64,000 bases of DNA. It comes from Gammaproteobacteria bacterium. GTDB taxonomy: Bacteria; Pseudomonadota; Gammaproteobacteria; Ga0077536. Positions 47,781 through 58,664 of the stretch are shown here, piece after piece. The notes beneath the pieces were generated by a model that ran no database searches, was not told the DNA's origin, and saw nothing but the letters and a program-made list of their open reading frames with translations. The stretch's first letter is position 1; each line of letters starts with the position of its first letter. A program made the position numbers and the translations under genes. The stretch is from assembly GCA_965223085.1 (NCBI GenBank), contig OZ244981.1:4550559-4614558 (forward strand), read 5' to 3'.

Positions 47781-48278
47781 ATGGCAGAGGCCGCCGCGGA
47801 AGAGGTTGAAGAGAAAGGCTCCAGCAAAAAGCTGATCATCATCGTCGCTGCCGTTGTATTGCTAGTGGGTATCGCTGTCGGCGCGACCCTGATGATGATG
47901 GGCGGCGGTGAGGAAGCGCTCGCCGACGGCGAAGTCGTCGAAGAAGAAGCGCCGCCCGAGCCGATTTACGTTCCCCTCAATCCCGCCTTTGTCGTTAATT
48001 TTCACGACAAAAGACAACGCACGAAATTTCTCAAGGCAGAACTCAGTGTCGCGAGCACCGAAGACGACGCCCAAGAGCTGATTGAAAAGCACATGCCGGC
48101 CATTCGCAACGTGCTCGTGTTGCTGCTCAGCCGCCAGATCTACGATGATCTGATGACCCACGAAGGCAAAGAAAAGTTACGCGCGGATGCCTTGTCGGAA
48201 GTGCAAGGCGTGTTGGAGCAGCAAGCCGGCACGCCGATCGTATCGGATCTGTTTTTCTCCAGCCTCGTGATGCAGTAA
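47781..48278 (+). CDS. fliL: FliL
   Basis: KKLIII-TM, PAFVVNF, HMPAIRN, LFFSSLVMQ. Confidence 0.94.
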   Translation: MAEAAAEEVEEKGSSKKLIIIVAAVVLLVGIAVGATLMMMGGGEEALADGEVVEEEAPPEPIYVPLNPAFVVNFHDKRQRTKFLKAELSVASTEDDAQELIEKHMPAIRNVLVLLLSRQIYDDLMTHEGKEKLRADALSEVQGVLEQQAGTPIVSDLFFSSLVMQ

Positions 48279-48284
48279 GCCGCG

Positions 48285-49274
48285 ATGGCGAACGCAGATA
48301 TTCTCTCGCAGGACGAAATCGACGCGCTGTTATCTGGCGTTGATAACGGCGACGTCGAGACCGAAGTCGCCGAAGAAGTGGTCGAAGTGGACGGCGTGCG
48401 TCCCTACGATTTTGCGAGCCAGGATCGCATCGTGCGCGGTCGTTTGCCCACCTTAGACATGATCAACGAACGCTTTGCACGCACGCTGAGATTGCGATTG
48501 TTTTCGATGTTGCGGCGCTCTCCGATTGTGTCGGTCGAAGGCGTGCAAATGATGAAGTTCGGCGAATACGTGCACACGCTGTTGATGCCGTCGAATCTCA
48601 ACATCGTCAAAATGCAACCACTGCGCGGCACCGGGCTGGTGGTATGCAACCCAAAGCTCGTATTCTCGCTAGTTGATTGTTTTTTCGGCGGCCTCGGTCG
48701 GTTTCACACCAAAATAGAAGGTCGCGATTTCACCGGTACCGAAATGCGCATCGTCCGGCGTTTGATCGATTTTGTATTCGATGCGCTGCACGATGCATGG
48801 GAACCGGTGTTGCCAGTCAACTGTGAACTGATCGGATCAGAAATGAATCCCCAGTTCGCGAATATCGTCGGGCCGAGTGAAGTGGTCGTCGTATCGACGT
48901 TTCACGTCGAACTCGAAGGTGGCTCAGGTTATCTGCACGTAACCCTCCCCTACACCATGTTGGAACCCCTACGTAATATGACCGATGCGAATTTGCCAGG
49001 CGATAGCGGTGATCAAGATGCGCAGTGGAATCGCATGTTACAGCATGAGATCAAAGATGCGCCCATTGAGATCACGTCGACATTGACGCATTCCGAATTG
49101 ACATTACGGGACGTGCTTCGTTTTCAGACGGGCGATATTTTGGCGCTCGACTTATCTACAACGGCGGAAGCCGCGGTCGATCAGGTGCCGGTGTTTCGCG
49201 GTCACTACGGCGTGTCCCGCGGGAATTTAGCGTTGAAGGTGACGGAGATGTTACACCATGGATCGAATACGTGA
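48285..49274 (+). CDS. fliM: Motor switch FliM
   Basis: LSQDEIDALL, RGRLPTLDMINERFAR. Confidence 0.97.
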   Translation: MANADILSQDEIDALLSGVDNGDVETEVAEEVVEVDGVRPYDFASQDRIVRGRLPTLDMINERFARTLRLRLFSMLRRSPIVSVEGVQMMKFGEYVHTLLMPSNLNIVKMQPLRGTGLVVCNPKLVFSLVDCFFGGLGRFHTKIEGRDFTGTEMRIVRRLIDFVFDALHDAWEPVLPVNCELIGSEMNPQFANIVGPSEVVVVSTFHVELEGGSGYLHVTLPYTMLEPLRNMTDANLPGDSGDQDAQWNRMLQHEIKDAPIEITSTLTHSELTLRDVLRFQTGDILALDLSTTAEAAVDQVPVFRGHYGVSRGNLALKVTEMLHHGSNT

Positions 49275-49299
49275 AGCGCGAAGATTGGGAGAGTAGAAG

Positions 49300-49788
49300 A
49301 TGAGCGAAACCGACGAAGCGGTTGATCAAGACGCGATGGCCGACGAGTGGGCCGCAGCGCTGGAAGAACAAGGCGCACCCGAGGGTGAAGAATCCGCGGG
49401 TGAAGCGGCGGCGCCGACCGATGCTGCCATCGAAGCCCCGGCCGAGGCCAACAACGCCGCCACGGAGCGCGTCGCGACCGCACCGATCGAAGAGCTACAG
49501 TCCGAGCCCGGCGGCACGCACGGGGCCGGCGCTGATCTCGACTCGATCCTCGATATCCCAGTATCGCTGTCAGTCGAGATTGGGCGCACGAAACTCGATA
49601 TTCGCAACTTGTTGCAATTGAACCAGGGCTCCGTTGTCGAGTTGGATCGCCTTGCGGGAGAGCCCTTGGACGTCATGGTTAACGGCACTTTGGTGGCACG
49701 GGGGGAAGTCGTAGTCATGAATGAGAAATTCGGGATCCGGCTCACCGACGTCGTCAGTGCGCACGAGCGCGTTAATCGTCTCCGCTAA
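49300..49788 (+). CDS. fliN: Motor switch FliN
   Basis: ADEWAAALEEQ, ILDIPVSLSVEIG, GEVVVMNEKFGIRL. Confidence 0.96.
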   Translation: MSETDEAVDQDAMADEWAAALEEQGAPEGEESAGEAAAPTDAAIEAPAEANNAATERVATAPIEELQSEPGGTHGAGADLDSILDIPVSLSVEIGRTKLDIRNLLQLNQGSVVELDRLAGEPLDVMVNGTLVARGEVVVMNEKFGIRLTDVVSAHERVNRLR

Positions 49789-49793
49789 CGGGC

Positions 49794-50222
49794 ATGACCG
49801 CAGCGTCATTTCCCGCCGCCATCGTCACGCGCTTCGCCGCGCTGCTCTACCCCGTTGTGGCGAGCCGATCAGTTGCCGCAGCAGAGATGCCACTGGTGCC
49901 CGGTGCGGTTCTCAACACGGCCCGCATCATGGAGGTACTCGGCGGGCTCGCATTGGTGCTGCTTTTAATCGTTGCGCTTGCTTATCTAAGCCAGCGCGTA
50001 GGTCGCTTACAACATCGACGCGGTCAGCATATACAGATCCTCGAAGGTTTGCCCTTGAGCACGCGTGAGCGTTTGCTATTAGTCGATGTCGATGGTGAGC
50101 GTGTGCTGCTGGGTGTGAGCGGCGGTCACATTGAACGCTTGCACGTTTGTGCCCAGCGCAGCGACTTCCCAGCGCAGCTACACGATGCTATCGGTACGGA
50201 TCAGCAGCGCGCTCTCGGGTGA
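49794..50222 (+). CDS. fliO: FliO
   Basis: One TM segment, then LSTRERLLLVDV...VLLGV. Confidence 0.88.
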   Translation: MTAASFPAAIVTRFAALLYPVVASRSVAAAEMPLVPGAVLNTARIMEVLGGLALVLLLIVALAYLSQRVGRLQHRRGQHIQILEGLPLSTRERLLLVDVDGERVLLGVSGGHIERLHVCAQRSDFPAQLHDAIGTDQQRALG

Positions 50223-50959
50223 TTAAGCGGCTCTTCACCATCACCTTGCTATGTGCTTGCGCGCAGGTAGCGCAAGCACAGACCGGGTTTGAGGCGCTCT
50301 CGGTAGCCACGAACGCAGACGGCACACAAACCTATTCCTTGACCCTGCAAGTCATGGCGTTGATGACGGCATTAACGCTATTGCCGGCATTAATTTTGGC
50401 GATGACGGCGTTTACGCGCATCATTATCGTGTTGGCGATCTTACGCCAAGCGATCGGCGCCGCGCAGACGCCATCCAGTCAGGTGCTGATTGCTTTGGCG
50501 CTGTTTATGACAGCGTTCGTGATGACGCCGGTCATCGATCAAGTCTATGACGACGCGGTGCGGCCCTACATCGACGACGAGATCAACGCGACAGATGCTC
50601 TCCAGCGAGCCTCGGCGCCAATGCGCGAGTTTATGTTGGCACAGACGCGTGAAACCGATCTGACATTATTTGCAGAGATCGCGCACAATGATAGCTTTGA
50701 CGAACCGCAAGATGCGCCGTTTTCGATTCTCGTGCCGGCGTTTGTCACCAGTGAACTGAAAACCGCATTTCAAATTGGTTTTCTCGTGTTTATCCCTTTT
50801 TTGGTCATCGACCTCGTTGTCGCGAGCATTTTGATCTCTATGGGCATGATGATGCTATCACCGTTGATGATTTCTCTGCCATTCAAAATCATGTTGTTCG
50901 TGCTTGTCGATGGTTGGGCTCTAGTGATTGGTTCACTAGCGGCCAGTTTTTACGTGTGA
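50219..50959 (+). CDS. fliP: Export gate FliP
   Basis: MTAFTRIIIVL..LRQA, PAFVTSELKTAFQIG, MGMMMLSP. Start moved to GTG 50219 (GTGA overlap with fliO). Confidence 0.96.
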   Translation: MIKRLFTITLLCACAQVAQAQTGFEALSVATNADGTQTYSLTLQVMALMTALTLLPALILAMTAFTRIIIVLAILRQAIGAAQTPSSQVLIALALFMTAFVMTPVIDQVYDDAVRPYIDDEINATDALQRASAPMREFMLAQTRETDLTLFAEIAHNDSFDEPQDAPFSILVPAFVTSELKTAFQIGFLVFIPFLVIDLVVASILISMGMMMLSPLMISLPFKIMLFVLVDGWALVIGSLAASFYV

Positions 50960-50968
50960 GTAACAAAA

Positions 50969-51238
50969 ATGACCCCAGAACTCGTAATCAGTATCGGTGA
51001 ACGTGCCCTCGAATTAACCATACTACTAATGCTCATTCTATTAGTGCCGGCTTTAGTGGTCGGTTTAGCAGTGAGCGTGTTCCAAGCGGCGACACAAGTG
51101 AATGAAATGACTTTGAGCTTTATTCCAAAGTTACTGGTCACCGTTCTTGTATTGATGGTTGCCGGTCCGTTTATTATAAAGTTGTTGATGAACTATACCG
51201 TGCGACTCTATGAGGCGATTCCCGGACTGATCGGCTAG
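50969..51238 (+). CDS. fliQ: Export gate FliQ
   Basis: VSVFQAATQVNEMTLSFIPK. Confidence 0.96.
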   Translation: MTPELVISIGERALELTILLMLILLVPALVVGLAVSVFQAATQVNEMTLSFIPKLLVTVLVLMVAGPFIIKLLMNYTVRLYEAIPGLIG

Positions 51239-51263
51239 CGCGTCAAAACCTCGAGCGAGAGCG

Positions 51264-52043
51264 ATGATCACGTTCACAGATGCGCAACTATTGAAATGGT
51301 TGGTGACCTGGTGGTGGCCGTTCTTGCGTATTACGGGTTTCGTCATGGCAGCCCCTTTCATCGGTACGCGGACGGTACCCGCACGCGCCAGAATGATGAT
51401 CGCGATCGGTATCGCGGTGGTGCTGGCGCCGGTCATTTCGGTGACGACGACGATTGCACCCGCGAGTGCCGAGGGTTTGTTTGTCGCCGCCCAACAAGTG
51501 TTTATCGGCGTGTTATTGGGGTTGACGCTGCGCTTCTTGTTGCTCGCTTTGGAATTGGCAGGCCAAGTTATCGCCATGCAGATGGGGCTCGGGTTTGCGG
51601 CCATGGTTGACCCCCAGACGGGTGCCCAAGTTCCCGTTGTTAGTCAAACCTATATCTTGCTCGCGACCTTATTGTTTTTTGCTTCCAACGGCCATTTATT
51701 GTTGGTGAGTTTGATCGCCGACAGTTTCGCACTATTGCCGGTCGGGACTAGCGGCATTTCGCGCGCTGGCTTGGCCGACGTCATGCTGTGGTCGGGGCAG
51801 GTTTTCGCGCAAGCACTCATTATCGCTTTACCGATGGTGGTGGCACTGCTGATCGTCAATGTCGCGGTCGGTGTGATGGGGCGCGCCTCGCCACAATTGA
51901 ATATTTTCGCGGTTGGATTCCCCGTCATGATCCTCTTCGGAATGGGCATGATTCTAACCTTGCTAGACACACTCCCATCGCAAGTAAATAACATTCTGCG
52001 CGGTGCTATTCAGGCAGCGCAGCAACTGCTGAGCACGCGGTGA
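51264..52043 (+). CDS. fliR: Export gate FliR
   Basis: QVIAMQMGLGFA..VDP, RASPQLNIF.VGFP. Confidence 0.96.
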   Translation: MITFTDAQLLKWLVTWWWPFLRITGFVMAAPFIGTRTVPARARMMIAIGIAVVLAPVISVTTTIAPASAEGLFVAAQQVFIGVLLGLTLRFLLLALELAGQVIAMQMGLGFAAMVDPQTGAQVPVVSQTYILLATLLFFASNGHLLLVSLIADSFALLPVGTSGISRAGLADVMLWSGQVFAQALIIALPMVVALLIVNVAVGVMGRASPQLNIFAVGFPVMILFGMGMILTLLDTLPSQVNNILRGAIQAAQQLLSTR

Positions 52044-52047
52044 CGGC

Positions 52048-53175
52048 GTGGCAGAGAATCAAGACGGGCAAGAACGAAGCGAAGAGGCGACGCCAAAAAA
52101 GCGGAGCGAAGCGCGTGAAAAGGGCCAAATTCCGCGCTCGCGGGAACTAACGACGATGTTGATTTTGATCGGCTCCGCCGGGGCGCTTTATCTCAGTACC
52201 GGCGCCGCCGTCGATGGTCTGCGTAGTGTCATGGCCGCGTGTTTTACGTTGATCGCCACCGCGCCGGCGCAGGAACAGGTTTTGATCGGGGTGCTCGGTA
52301 CCGCAGTTGCAAATGGTTTTATCGCGTTTCTGCCGTTTTTTGCGCTCGCGATATTGATCGCGTTGTTCGGTCCGGCCTTACTCGGTGGGTGGGCGTGGAG
52401 CGGCTCGGGGGTCGTGCCGAAGTTTTCAAAAGTCGATCCCATCAAGGGGTTTAAGCGGTTGTTTAGTCTCAACAGTGTCGTTGAGACGCTTAAGTCGGTC
52501 GCAAAATTTCTGCTGGTGCTGTTGTGTGCCATCGTTGCGTTGCGGCTGGAACTCAAAGAAGTCATGAATCTCGCGGTGATCAACGTAGATGTGGGCATGG
52601 CGCGGGGTCTGGAGATCTGTGGACGCTCGTTCTTGCTCATCGCCTCGGCGACGATTGTCATTGCGCTCGTCGATGTTCCTTTTCAGCTCTGGGACCACGG
52701 TCGTAAGTTGCGGATGACGAAAACCGAAGTCCGCGACGAATTGAAACAGCACGAAGGATCGCCGGAGACACGCGGTCGGATCCGTAATTTGCAACTCGAA
52801 ATGGCGCAGCGGCGCATGATGGAGGAAGTGCCACAGGCCGACGTCGTCATTACCAACCCCACGCACTACGCAGTGGCATTGCGTTTCGATGAAACAGCAA
52901 TGGCGGCCCCACGCCTGGTCGCGAAAGGCCCCGATCTGGTCGCATTTCGAATTCGCGAGATCGCGCAACACTACGGCGTCAGCGTGGTCGCGGCGCCACA
53001 TTTGGCCCGCGCGTTGTATTTCACGACCAAACTCAACGGTGAAATACCAGCGGGGCTTTATGTGGCCGTGGCGCAAGTGCTGGCCTACGTCTATCAACTG
53101 AAACGTCACGGTGCGGGGACGCCGCCGGTTGTACTCCCGCGGGACTTGCCGATTCCACCTGAATACCAATTCTAA
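52048..53175 (+). CDS. flhB: Export switch FlhB
   Basis: EEATPKK, NPTHYAVAL autocleavage motif. Confidence 0.97.
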   Translation: MAENQDGQERSEEATPKKRSEAREKGQIPRSRELTTMLILIGSAGALYLSTGAAVDGLRSVMAACFTLIATAPAQEQVLIGVLGTAVANGFIAFLPFFALAILIALFGPALLGGWAWSGSGVVPKFSKVDPIKGFKRLFSLNSVVETLKSVAKFLLVLLCAIVALRLELKEVMNLAVINVDVGMARGLEICGRSFLLIASATIVIALVDVPFQLWDHGRKLRMTKTEVRDELKQHEGSPETRGRIRNLQLEMAQRRMMEEVPQADVVITNPTHYAVALRFDETAMAAPRLVAKGPDLVAFRIREIAQHYGVSVVAAPHLARALYFTTKLNGEIPAGLYVAVAQVLAYVYQLKRHGAGTPPVVLPRDLPIPPEYQF

Positions 53176-53186
53176 TCATCGAGACC

Positions 53187-55298
53187 ATGGCCTTTCCCGC
53201 GACACAGTTCCTTAATTCCCAGTTTTTGCGCAGCGTCTATGCGCAGGGCCTCGGTGCGCCCTTGTTGCTGTTGATCATCCTCGCAATGATGGTGCTGCCC
53301 TTGCCGGCGCTGCTGCTCGACGTGTTGTTTACCTTCAATATTTCGCTTGCCATCGTGGTGTTGCTCGCCGGTGTGTATTCGCGGCGACCGCTCGATTTCG
53401 CCGCTTTCCCGACGATTCTTTTGGTCGCAACCTTGCTGCGCTTAGGCTTGAATATTGCCTCCACCCGGGTGGTGCTGTTGAAAGGCCATGAGGGCACGGA
53501 CGCCGCTGGGCATGTCATTCAGGCGTTTGGCGATTTTGTCGTTGGCGGCAACTACGCCGTGGGCTTTGTCGTCTTCGCGATCCTCGTCATCATAAATTTT
53601 GTCGTGATCACAAAAGGCGCAGGTCGCATTTCAGAGGTCAGCGCGCGCTTTACCTTGGATGCCATGCCAGGTAAGCAAATGGCCATCGACGCCGATTTGA
53701 ACGCCGGGATAATCAACCAGGATGAAGCGAAAACACGCCGCGCTGATGTCGCGCAAGAAGCGGATTTCTACGGCGCCATGGATGGCGCGAGCAAATTTGT
53801 GCGCGGCGACGCCGTTGCCGGCATCTTGATCTTATTTATCAATATTCTTGGCGGCCTCGTCATTGGTTCGACGCAGCACGGTATGCCGATGGCCGACGCC
53901 GCACGTGTATTCACCTTGTTGACGATCGGTGACGGCCTGGTCGCACAAATACCGTCGCTACTCTTGGCGACCGCCTCGGCGATGATGGTCACGCGGGTGT
54001 CGGCCGAGCACGACATGGGCCAACAAGTCACCTCGCAGCTATTTGATAATCCCAAAACCTTGGGCGTAACCGCCGGCATTCTCGCCATCATGGGGGTGAT
54101 CCCGGGGATGCCAAATGTGGCGTTTTTGAGCATCGCCGGGATCGCGGGCTACGGGTCCTGGTGGTGCGTCAAGCGCCGGCGCGCGCAGACCGCGGTCGAG
54201 ACCGAAGTAGAACCGCAGCCGGCAGCGCCGGCGATGAGTGAACTGTCATGGGACGATGTCGCACCTGTCGATTCGGTGGGTCTCGAAGTCGGTTACCGCC
54301 TCATTCCGCTCGTTGATCGCAACCAGGAAGGGCCGCTCTTGGCGCGCCTACGTGGGGTACGCAAAAAACTCTCCCAAGAGTTGGGGTTCTTAGTGCCCGC
54401 GGTGCACATTCGGGACAACTTGGATCTCGATCCCACGACTTACCGAATTTTATTGCATGGCGCCACGGTCGGGCAGTCGAGCGTGTTTCCTGGCAAAGAT
54501 ATGGCGATCAATCCCGGCGAAGTCTATGGCGATCTGCCCGGTACGGTGGTCAAGGATCCGGTCTTTGGCCTCGACGCAGTATGGATAGACGAAAGTCAAC
54601 GGGAGCTCGCTCAAACGCAAGGCTATACCGTTGTCGATGCCAGCACCGTCGTCGCGACGCATATGAGTCAAGTCATACAAGACCATGCGCATGAGTTACT
54701 GGACTACGACGATGTGCAAAAACTACTCGATGGCGTCGCCCGCACCCATCCCAAACTTGTCGAGGACCTCGTGCCGAACCTCGTCCCGCTGAACGTGCTC
54801 GTGCGCGTGATGCAAAACCTGCTCATCGAGCAAGTGCCGATCCGAGACGTGCGCACGATTCTCCAAGTCTTGGCGGAGCGGGCGCCTAAGAGTCAAGACA
54901 CCGTCGTGCTGACCGCCGCGGTACGGGAAGCACTCTCCCGAATCATTGTTCAGCAGATCAATGGTTTGGAAGAAGAACTACAAGTGATAACTCTCGATCA
55001 TTCGTTGGAACAGTTATTGCAAAAGTCTTTAGAGGCGGGACGCGACAGCGGTTTCGTGCTGGAACCAGGCTTGGCCAATCGGCTGCTGCAATCGCTCAAC
55101 GATGCGCACGCACGCCAGGAACGCAGCGGTCAGGCTTCGATCTTGTTGGTCGCGGCGCCATTACGGGAATTGCTAGCGCGTTTTGTGCGCCAAAGCATCA
55201 AGGGCATGCATGTGTTGAGTTTTAACGAAGTGCCAGAGGACAAACAACTACGCATTGTTGCCAGCGTCGGTGACGGTAGCCTCGGACAAACTTCATGA
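53187..55298 (+). CDS. flhA: Export gate FlhA
   Basis: RFTLDAMPGKQMAIDADL, FYGAMDGASKFVRGDA. Confidence 0.97.
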   Translation: MAFPATQFLNSQFLRSVYAQGLGAPLLLLIILAMMVLPLPALLLDVLFTFNISLAIVVLLAGVYSRRPLDFAAFPTILLVATLLRLGLNIASTRVVLLKGHEGTDAAGHVIQAFGDFVVGGNYAVGFVVFAILVIINFVVITKGAGRISEVSARFTLDAMPGKQMAIDADLNAGIINQDEAKTRRADVAQEADFYGAMDGASKFVRGDAVAGILILFINILGGLVIGSTQHGMPMADAARVFTLLTIGDGLVAQIPSLLLATASAMMVTRVSAEHDMGQQVTSQLFDNPKTLGVTAGILAIMGVIPGMPNVAFLSIAGIAGYGSWWCVKRRRAQTAVETEVEPQPAAPAMSELSWDDVAPVDSVGLEVGYRLIPLVDRNQEGPLLARLRGVRKKLSQELGFLVPAVHIRDNLDLDPTTYRILLHGATVGQSSVFPGKDMAINPGEVYGDLPGTVVKDPVFGLDAVWIDESQRELAQTQGYTVVDASTVVATHMSQVIQDHAHELLDYDDVQKLLDGVARTHPKLVEDLVPNLVPLNVLVRVMQNLLIEQVPIRDVRTILQVLAERAPKSQDTVVLTAAVREALSRIIVQQINGLEEELQVITLDHSLEQLLQKSLEAGRDSGFVLEPGLANRLLQSLNDAHARQERSGQASILLVAAPLRELLARFVRQSIKGMHVLSFNEVPEDKQLRIVASVGDGSLGQTS

Positions 55299-55371
55299 GG
55301 TTGCGGGTAGCGAAGTGGCGGGTAAATCAGGGCTTACGTGTGAGAAGTAGAGTTTAGAGGACGCAAGAACG

Positions 55372-56553
55372 ATGAAAGTAAAACGCTACTTTGCGACTAG
55401 CATGCGCAACGCTTTGGAAATGATCCGCCAAGAACAAGGGCCAGACGCCACGATCTTGTCAAATCGTAAAGTCGATGGTGGCTTTGAATTGCTCACCGCC
55501 GAGGGTGACGTCGACGAAGAGGTGTTGCGACGTTTCACGCCCCAGCCCGAACAACGGTCCGTCCCCGACGCCGAGCGACCGACGAACCCTCACGGGACTG
55601 AAGCGCACTACGCGGACGGTCAACTGTGGACCCATCATGAGATTATCGAGAACATGCAACATGAGTTGCAGAACATCAAGTCGCTGCTGGAGTCGCAGTT
55701 GTCGGGCCTTGCGTGGACCGAATTTGGTGTTCGTCATCCCCACAAGGCGCGTTTGCTGCGTTTGCTTGCCCGCTCGGGTATCGACCCACGTCTAGCGCGG
55801 CAACTTACCGATCAGATCGACGATGACACGTCTTTTGAAAACGCGCGGCGGGCCTTGCTCGCGCGCCTGGTGGAGAGCGTTGTGAGGGCGCGTGAGGATG
55901 TCATGCATGACGGCGGACGCATCGTTTTATGGGGCGCTACCGGGGTCGGTAAAACCACGGTTGCGAGCAAGATCGCAGCGCACTACGCCCTGGCGCATGG
56001 CGCGGACAACGTCGCGCTGATTTCGATCGACGACCAACGCCTGGGGGCGCACGAGCAACTAAAACTTTTCGGGCGGCTGGCATCTATTCCGGTGTTTGCG
56101 TTGCGCAGCGAAGACGAACTTACAGACGTTCTCGCGCAGCTCGACAACCGGGCCTTGGTCATTATTGATACGCCCGGTTTTGCGGGCCGGGATGCTAACG
56201 TCCAGCGCCTGAACGAAGCGAGTCAAGCAGCGGGATTTGACGATTACCTGGTCATGGCGGCAACGACAGATTATTTGTCCTTGGCGCGCAACGCGATCAA
56301 GGCGCCGCATTTTTCACCGCACGCTTGTGTCCTCACGAAGCTCGATGAAGCCGCATCTTTAGGCCCCGCGGTGTCGGTCGCTATCGAGGCATCGCTACCG
56401 TTGGCGTATTGCTGCGCCGGCCCGCGCATCCCCGATGATATCGCCCCGGCAAATGCCCGCGATCTGGTGCGCCAATTGTGGGGCTCGGCGACTACCAGCC
56501 CGGCGACCACCGAGGCGGAAGCGATAGAACAGGCGTTTTCAGTTAGCGCCTAA
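55372..56553 (+). CDS. flhF: SRP-family GTPase FlhF
   Basis: MKVKRYFA.SMR.AL, GATGVGKTT, DTPG, TKLDE. Confidence 0.93.
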   Translation: MKVKRYFATSMRNALEMIRQEQGPDATILSNRKVDGGFELLTAEGDVDEEVLRRFTPQPEQRSVPDAERPTNPHGTEAHYADGQLWTHHEIIENMQHELQNIKSLLESQLSGLAWTEFGVRHPHKARLLRLLARSGIDPRLARQLTDQIDDDTSFENARRALLARLVESVVRAREDVMHDGGRIVLWGATGVGKTTVASKIAAHYALAHGADNVALISIDDQRLGAHEQLKLFGRLASIPVFALRSEDELTDVLAQLDNRALVIIDTPGFAGRDANVQRLNEASQAAGFDDYLVMAATTDYLSLARNAIKAPHFSPHACVLTKLDEAASLGPAVSVAIEASLPLAYCCAGPRIPDDIAPANARDLVRQLWGSATTSPATTEAEAIEQAFSVSA

Positions 56554-56587
56554 AACCAAGCACCACCAGGGAGTTATTTGAGATTTC

Positions 56588-57448
56588 ATGAGCACGCGTC
56601 TCGCAGAAAAAATCGAACCCAATTTAACGCGGGTGATCGCAGTGACCAGCGGCAAAGGCGGTGTCGGCAAAACCACGGTATCGATCAACTTAGCCACCGC
56701 GCTAGCGCAGTCCGGTCACGACGTCGTGTTGATGGACGCCGATCTGGGGCTCGCCAACGTCGACGTCATGTTAGGGCTGAGTCCGACCCACACGCTGCAA
56801 CACGTGATCAGCGGTGAGTGCACCTTGACGAACATCATGTTGCCGGGACCGGCAGGCTTCCGCATTTTACCCGCGGCCTCCGGCATTCCGCATATGGCGG
56901 AGCTGAGCGCGAACGAACGGGCTGGTCTGCTCTATGCGTTCAGCAACATTGAACAACCGCCCGAAGTGCTCGTCGTCGATACTGCCGCCGGCATCGCTAC
57001 GAATGCTTTGCAATTTTGCAACGCGTCGCAAGAAGTTATCGTCGTCGTGTGCAACGAACCGGCGTCGATTACCGACGCCTACGCGACGATCAAGGTCATA
57101 CATCAAAGCAATCAACGGCGCCGTTTTCGCATCCTCGTGAACCAATGCGAATCGGAATTCGAGGCATTAGAACTTTTCAATCGACTCGTCGCTGTGACGG
57201 ACCGATTTTTGGATGTCACCCTCGAGCTTGTAGGTGCCATTCCATTTGATCTAAATATTAAGGCTTCCCTCCAACGTCGGAATGCTTGCGTGGCGACTTA
57301 TCCCAACTGCGCTGCCGCGCTGGCGTTCAAGAAACTCGCAGATACCGCCGATAAGTGGCCTATGCCCGACGCGGCGAGTGGTGAATTAGAGTTTTTTTTG
57401 GAGCGGATCATCGAACGGGATAAGTTGGGGAGGCGCGTCCACGCATGA
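56588..57448 (+). CDS. fleN: MinD-like flagellar number regulator FleN/FlhG
   Basis: [34 protein letters not shown]. Confidence 0.95.
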   Translation: MSTRLAEKIEPNLTRVIAVTSGKGGVGKTTVSINLATALAQSGHDVVLMDADLGLANVDVMLGLSPTHTLQHVISGECTLTNIMLPGPAGFRILPAASGIPHMAELSANERAGLLYAFSNIEQPPEVLVVDTAAGIATNALQFCNASQEVIVVVCNEPASITDAYATIKVIHQSNQRRRFRILVNQCESEFEALELFNRLVAVTDRFLDVTLELVGAIPFDLNIKASLQRRNACVATYPNCAAALAFKKLADTADKWPMPDAASGELEFFLERIIERDKLGRRVHA

Positions 57449-58185
57449 AAAAAGTTGCCAAATACACCAACGCAGCAAAGACCGGGTTGCAAGGCCAAGA
57501 CCAAGACGAACTCGTGCGCAAATACGCACCGCTCGTGAAGCGTATCGCCTATCACTTAATGAGCCGCTTACCGCCGACTGTGCAAATGGACGACTTAGTG
57601 CAAGCGGGAATGATCGGCTTGTTAGAGGCCTCGCGTAATTACGACGCCTCGCAGGGCGCAAGCTTCGAAACCTATGCGGGGATCCGTATTCGCGGTGCGA
57701 TGCTCGACGAAATTCGCAAAGGCGACTGGGCACCTCGTTCTTTACACCGAAAAATTCGAGAAATTACTAAAGCCGTGGCCGAAATCGAAGCGGAACAGGG
57801 TCGCGACGCACGCGATGCAGAAGTCGCCGAACGCCTCGGCATGGAGTTGAATCAGTACTACCAAACCTTACAAGACGCGAGCTCTCATAAAGTTTTTAGC
57901 TTTGAAGATCTACCGTCACGAGATGAACTACTTTCGGAAGGATTGAATGGCCGCATTCCGGAGCCCTTGGAAAATGTCGAAAGCGATAAATTCAAGGATG
58001 CTCTAGCGCAAGCCATTCAAGGTCTCCCAGAGCGGGAGCGGCTCGTAATGTCTTTGTACTACAAGGAAGAGTTGAATTTAAGAGAAACCGGTGAAGTGCT
58101 CGGGGTGAGCGAATCGCGCGTCTGCCAAATCCATTCCCAGGCTTTGATTAGATTAAAGGCGAGAATGGTCGAATGGACGTTGTGA
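57445..58185 (+). CDS. fliA: Flagellar sigma factor FliA (sigma28)
   Basis: [41 protein letters not shown]. Confidence 0.97.
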   Translation: MKKVAKYTNAAKTGLQGQDQDELVRKYAPLVKRIAYHLMSRLPPTVQMDDLVQAGMIGLLEASRNYDASQGASFETYAGIRIRGAMLDEIRKGDWAPRSLHRKIREITKAVAEIEAEQGRDARDAEVAERLGMELNQYYQTLQDASSHKVFSFEDLPSRDELLSEGLNGRIPEPLENVESDKFKDALAQAIQGLPERERLVMSLYYKEELNLRETGEVLGVSESRVCQIHSQALIRLKARMVEWTL

Positions 58186-58241
58186 AGAAAGCGCAACCAG
58201 CAACAGTTCTCACCGTTGATACGTGATACTAGGAGTATGTC

Positions 58242-58634
58242 GTGGACAAAAACATGAAGATCCTGGTCGTCGATGATTTTTCAACCATGCGGCGAATTAT
58301 CCGGAATCTATTGCGTGACCTCGGTTTCACGAATACCGATGAAGCAGATGACGGCAACACAGCATTGCCGATGTTGAAGGCGGGTGATTTCGATTTTCTG
58401 ATCACCGATTGGAATATGCCTGGCATGCAGGGCATCGATTTGTTGAAAGAAGTTCGCGCCGATCCAGAGCTGGCGAATTTGCCGGTGTTAATGGTGACGG
58501 CGGAGGCCAAGCGCGAGCAAATCGTGTACGCCGCGGAAGCAGGTGTTAACGGCTACATCGTTAAACCGTTTACTGCGCAAACACTGCAAGAAAAAATCAC
58601 GAAAATTTTCGAACGTCTAGAGGCGCCAGCTTAG
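58242..58634 (+). CDS. cheY: CheY
   Basis: [30 protein letters not shown]. Confidence 0.97.
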   Translation: MDKNMKILVVDDFSTMRRIIRNLLRDLGFTNTDEADDGNTALPMLKAGDFDFLITDWNMPGMQGIDLLKEVRADPELANLPVLMVTAEAKREQIVYAAEAGVNGYIVKPFTAQTLQEKITKIFERLEAPA

Positions 58635-58664
58635 CGTTTTCGGCGGACCCAAAGGAGTACCATC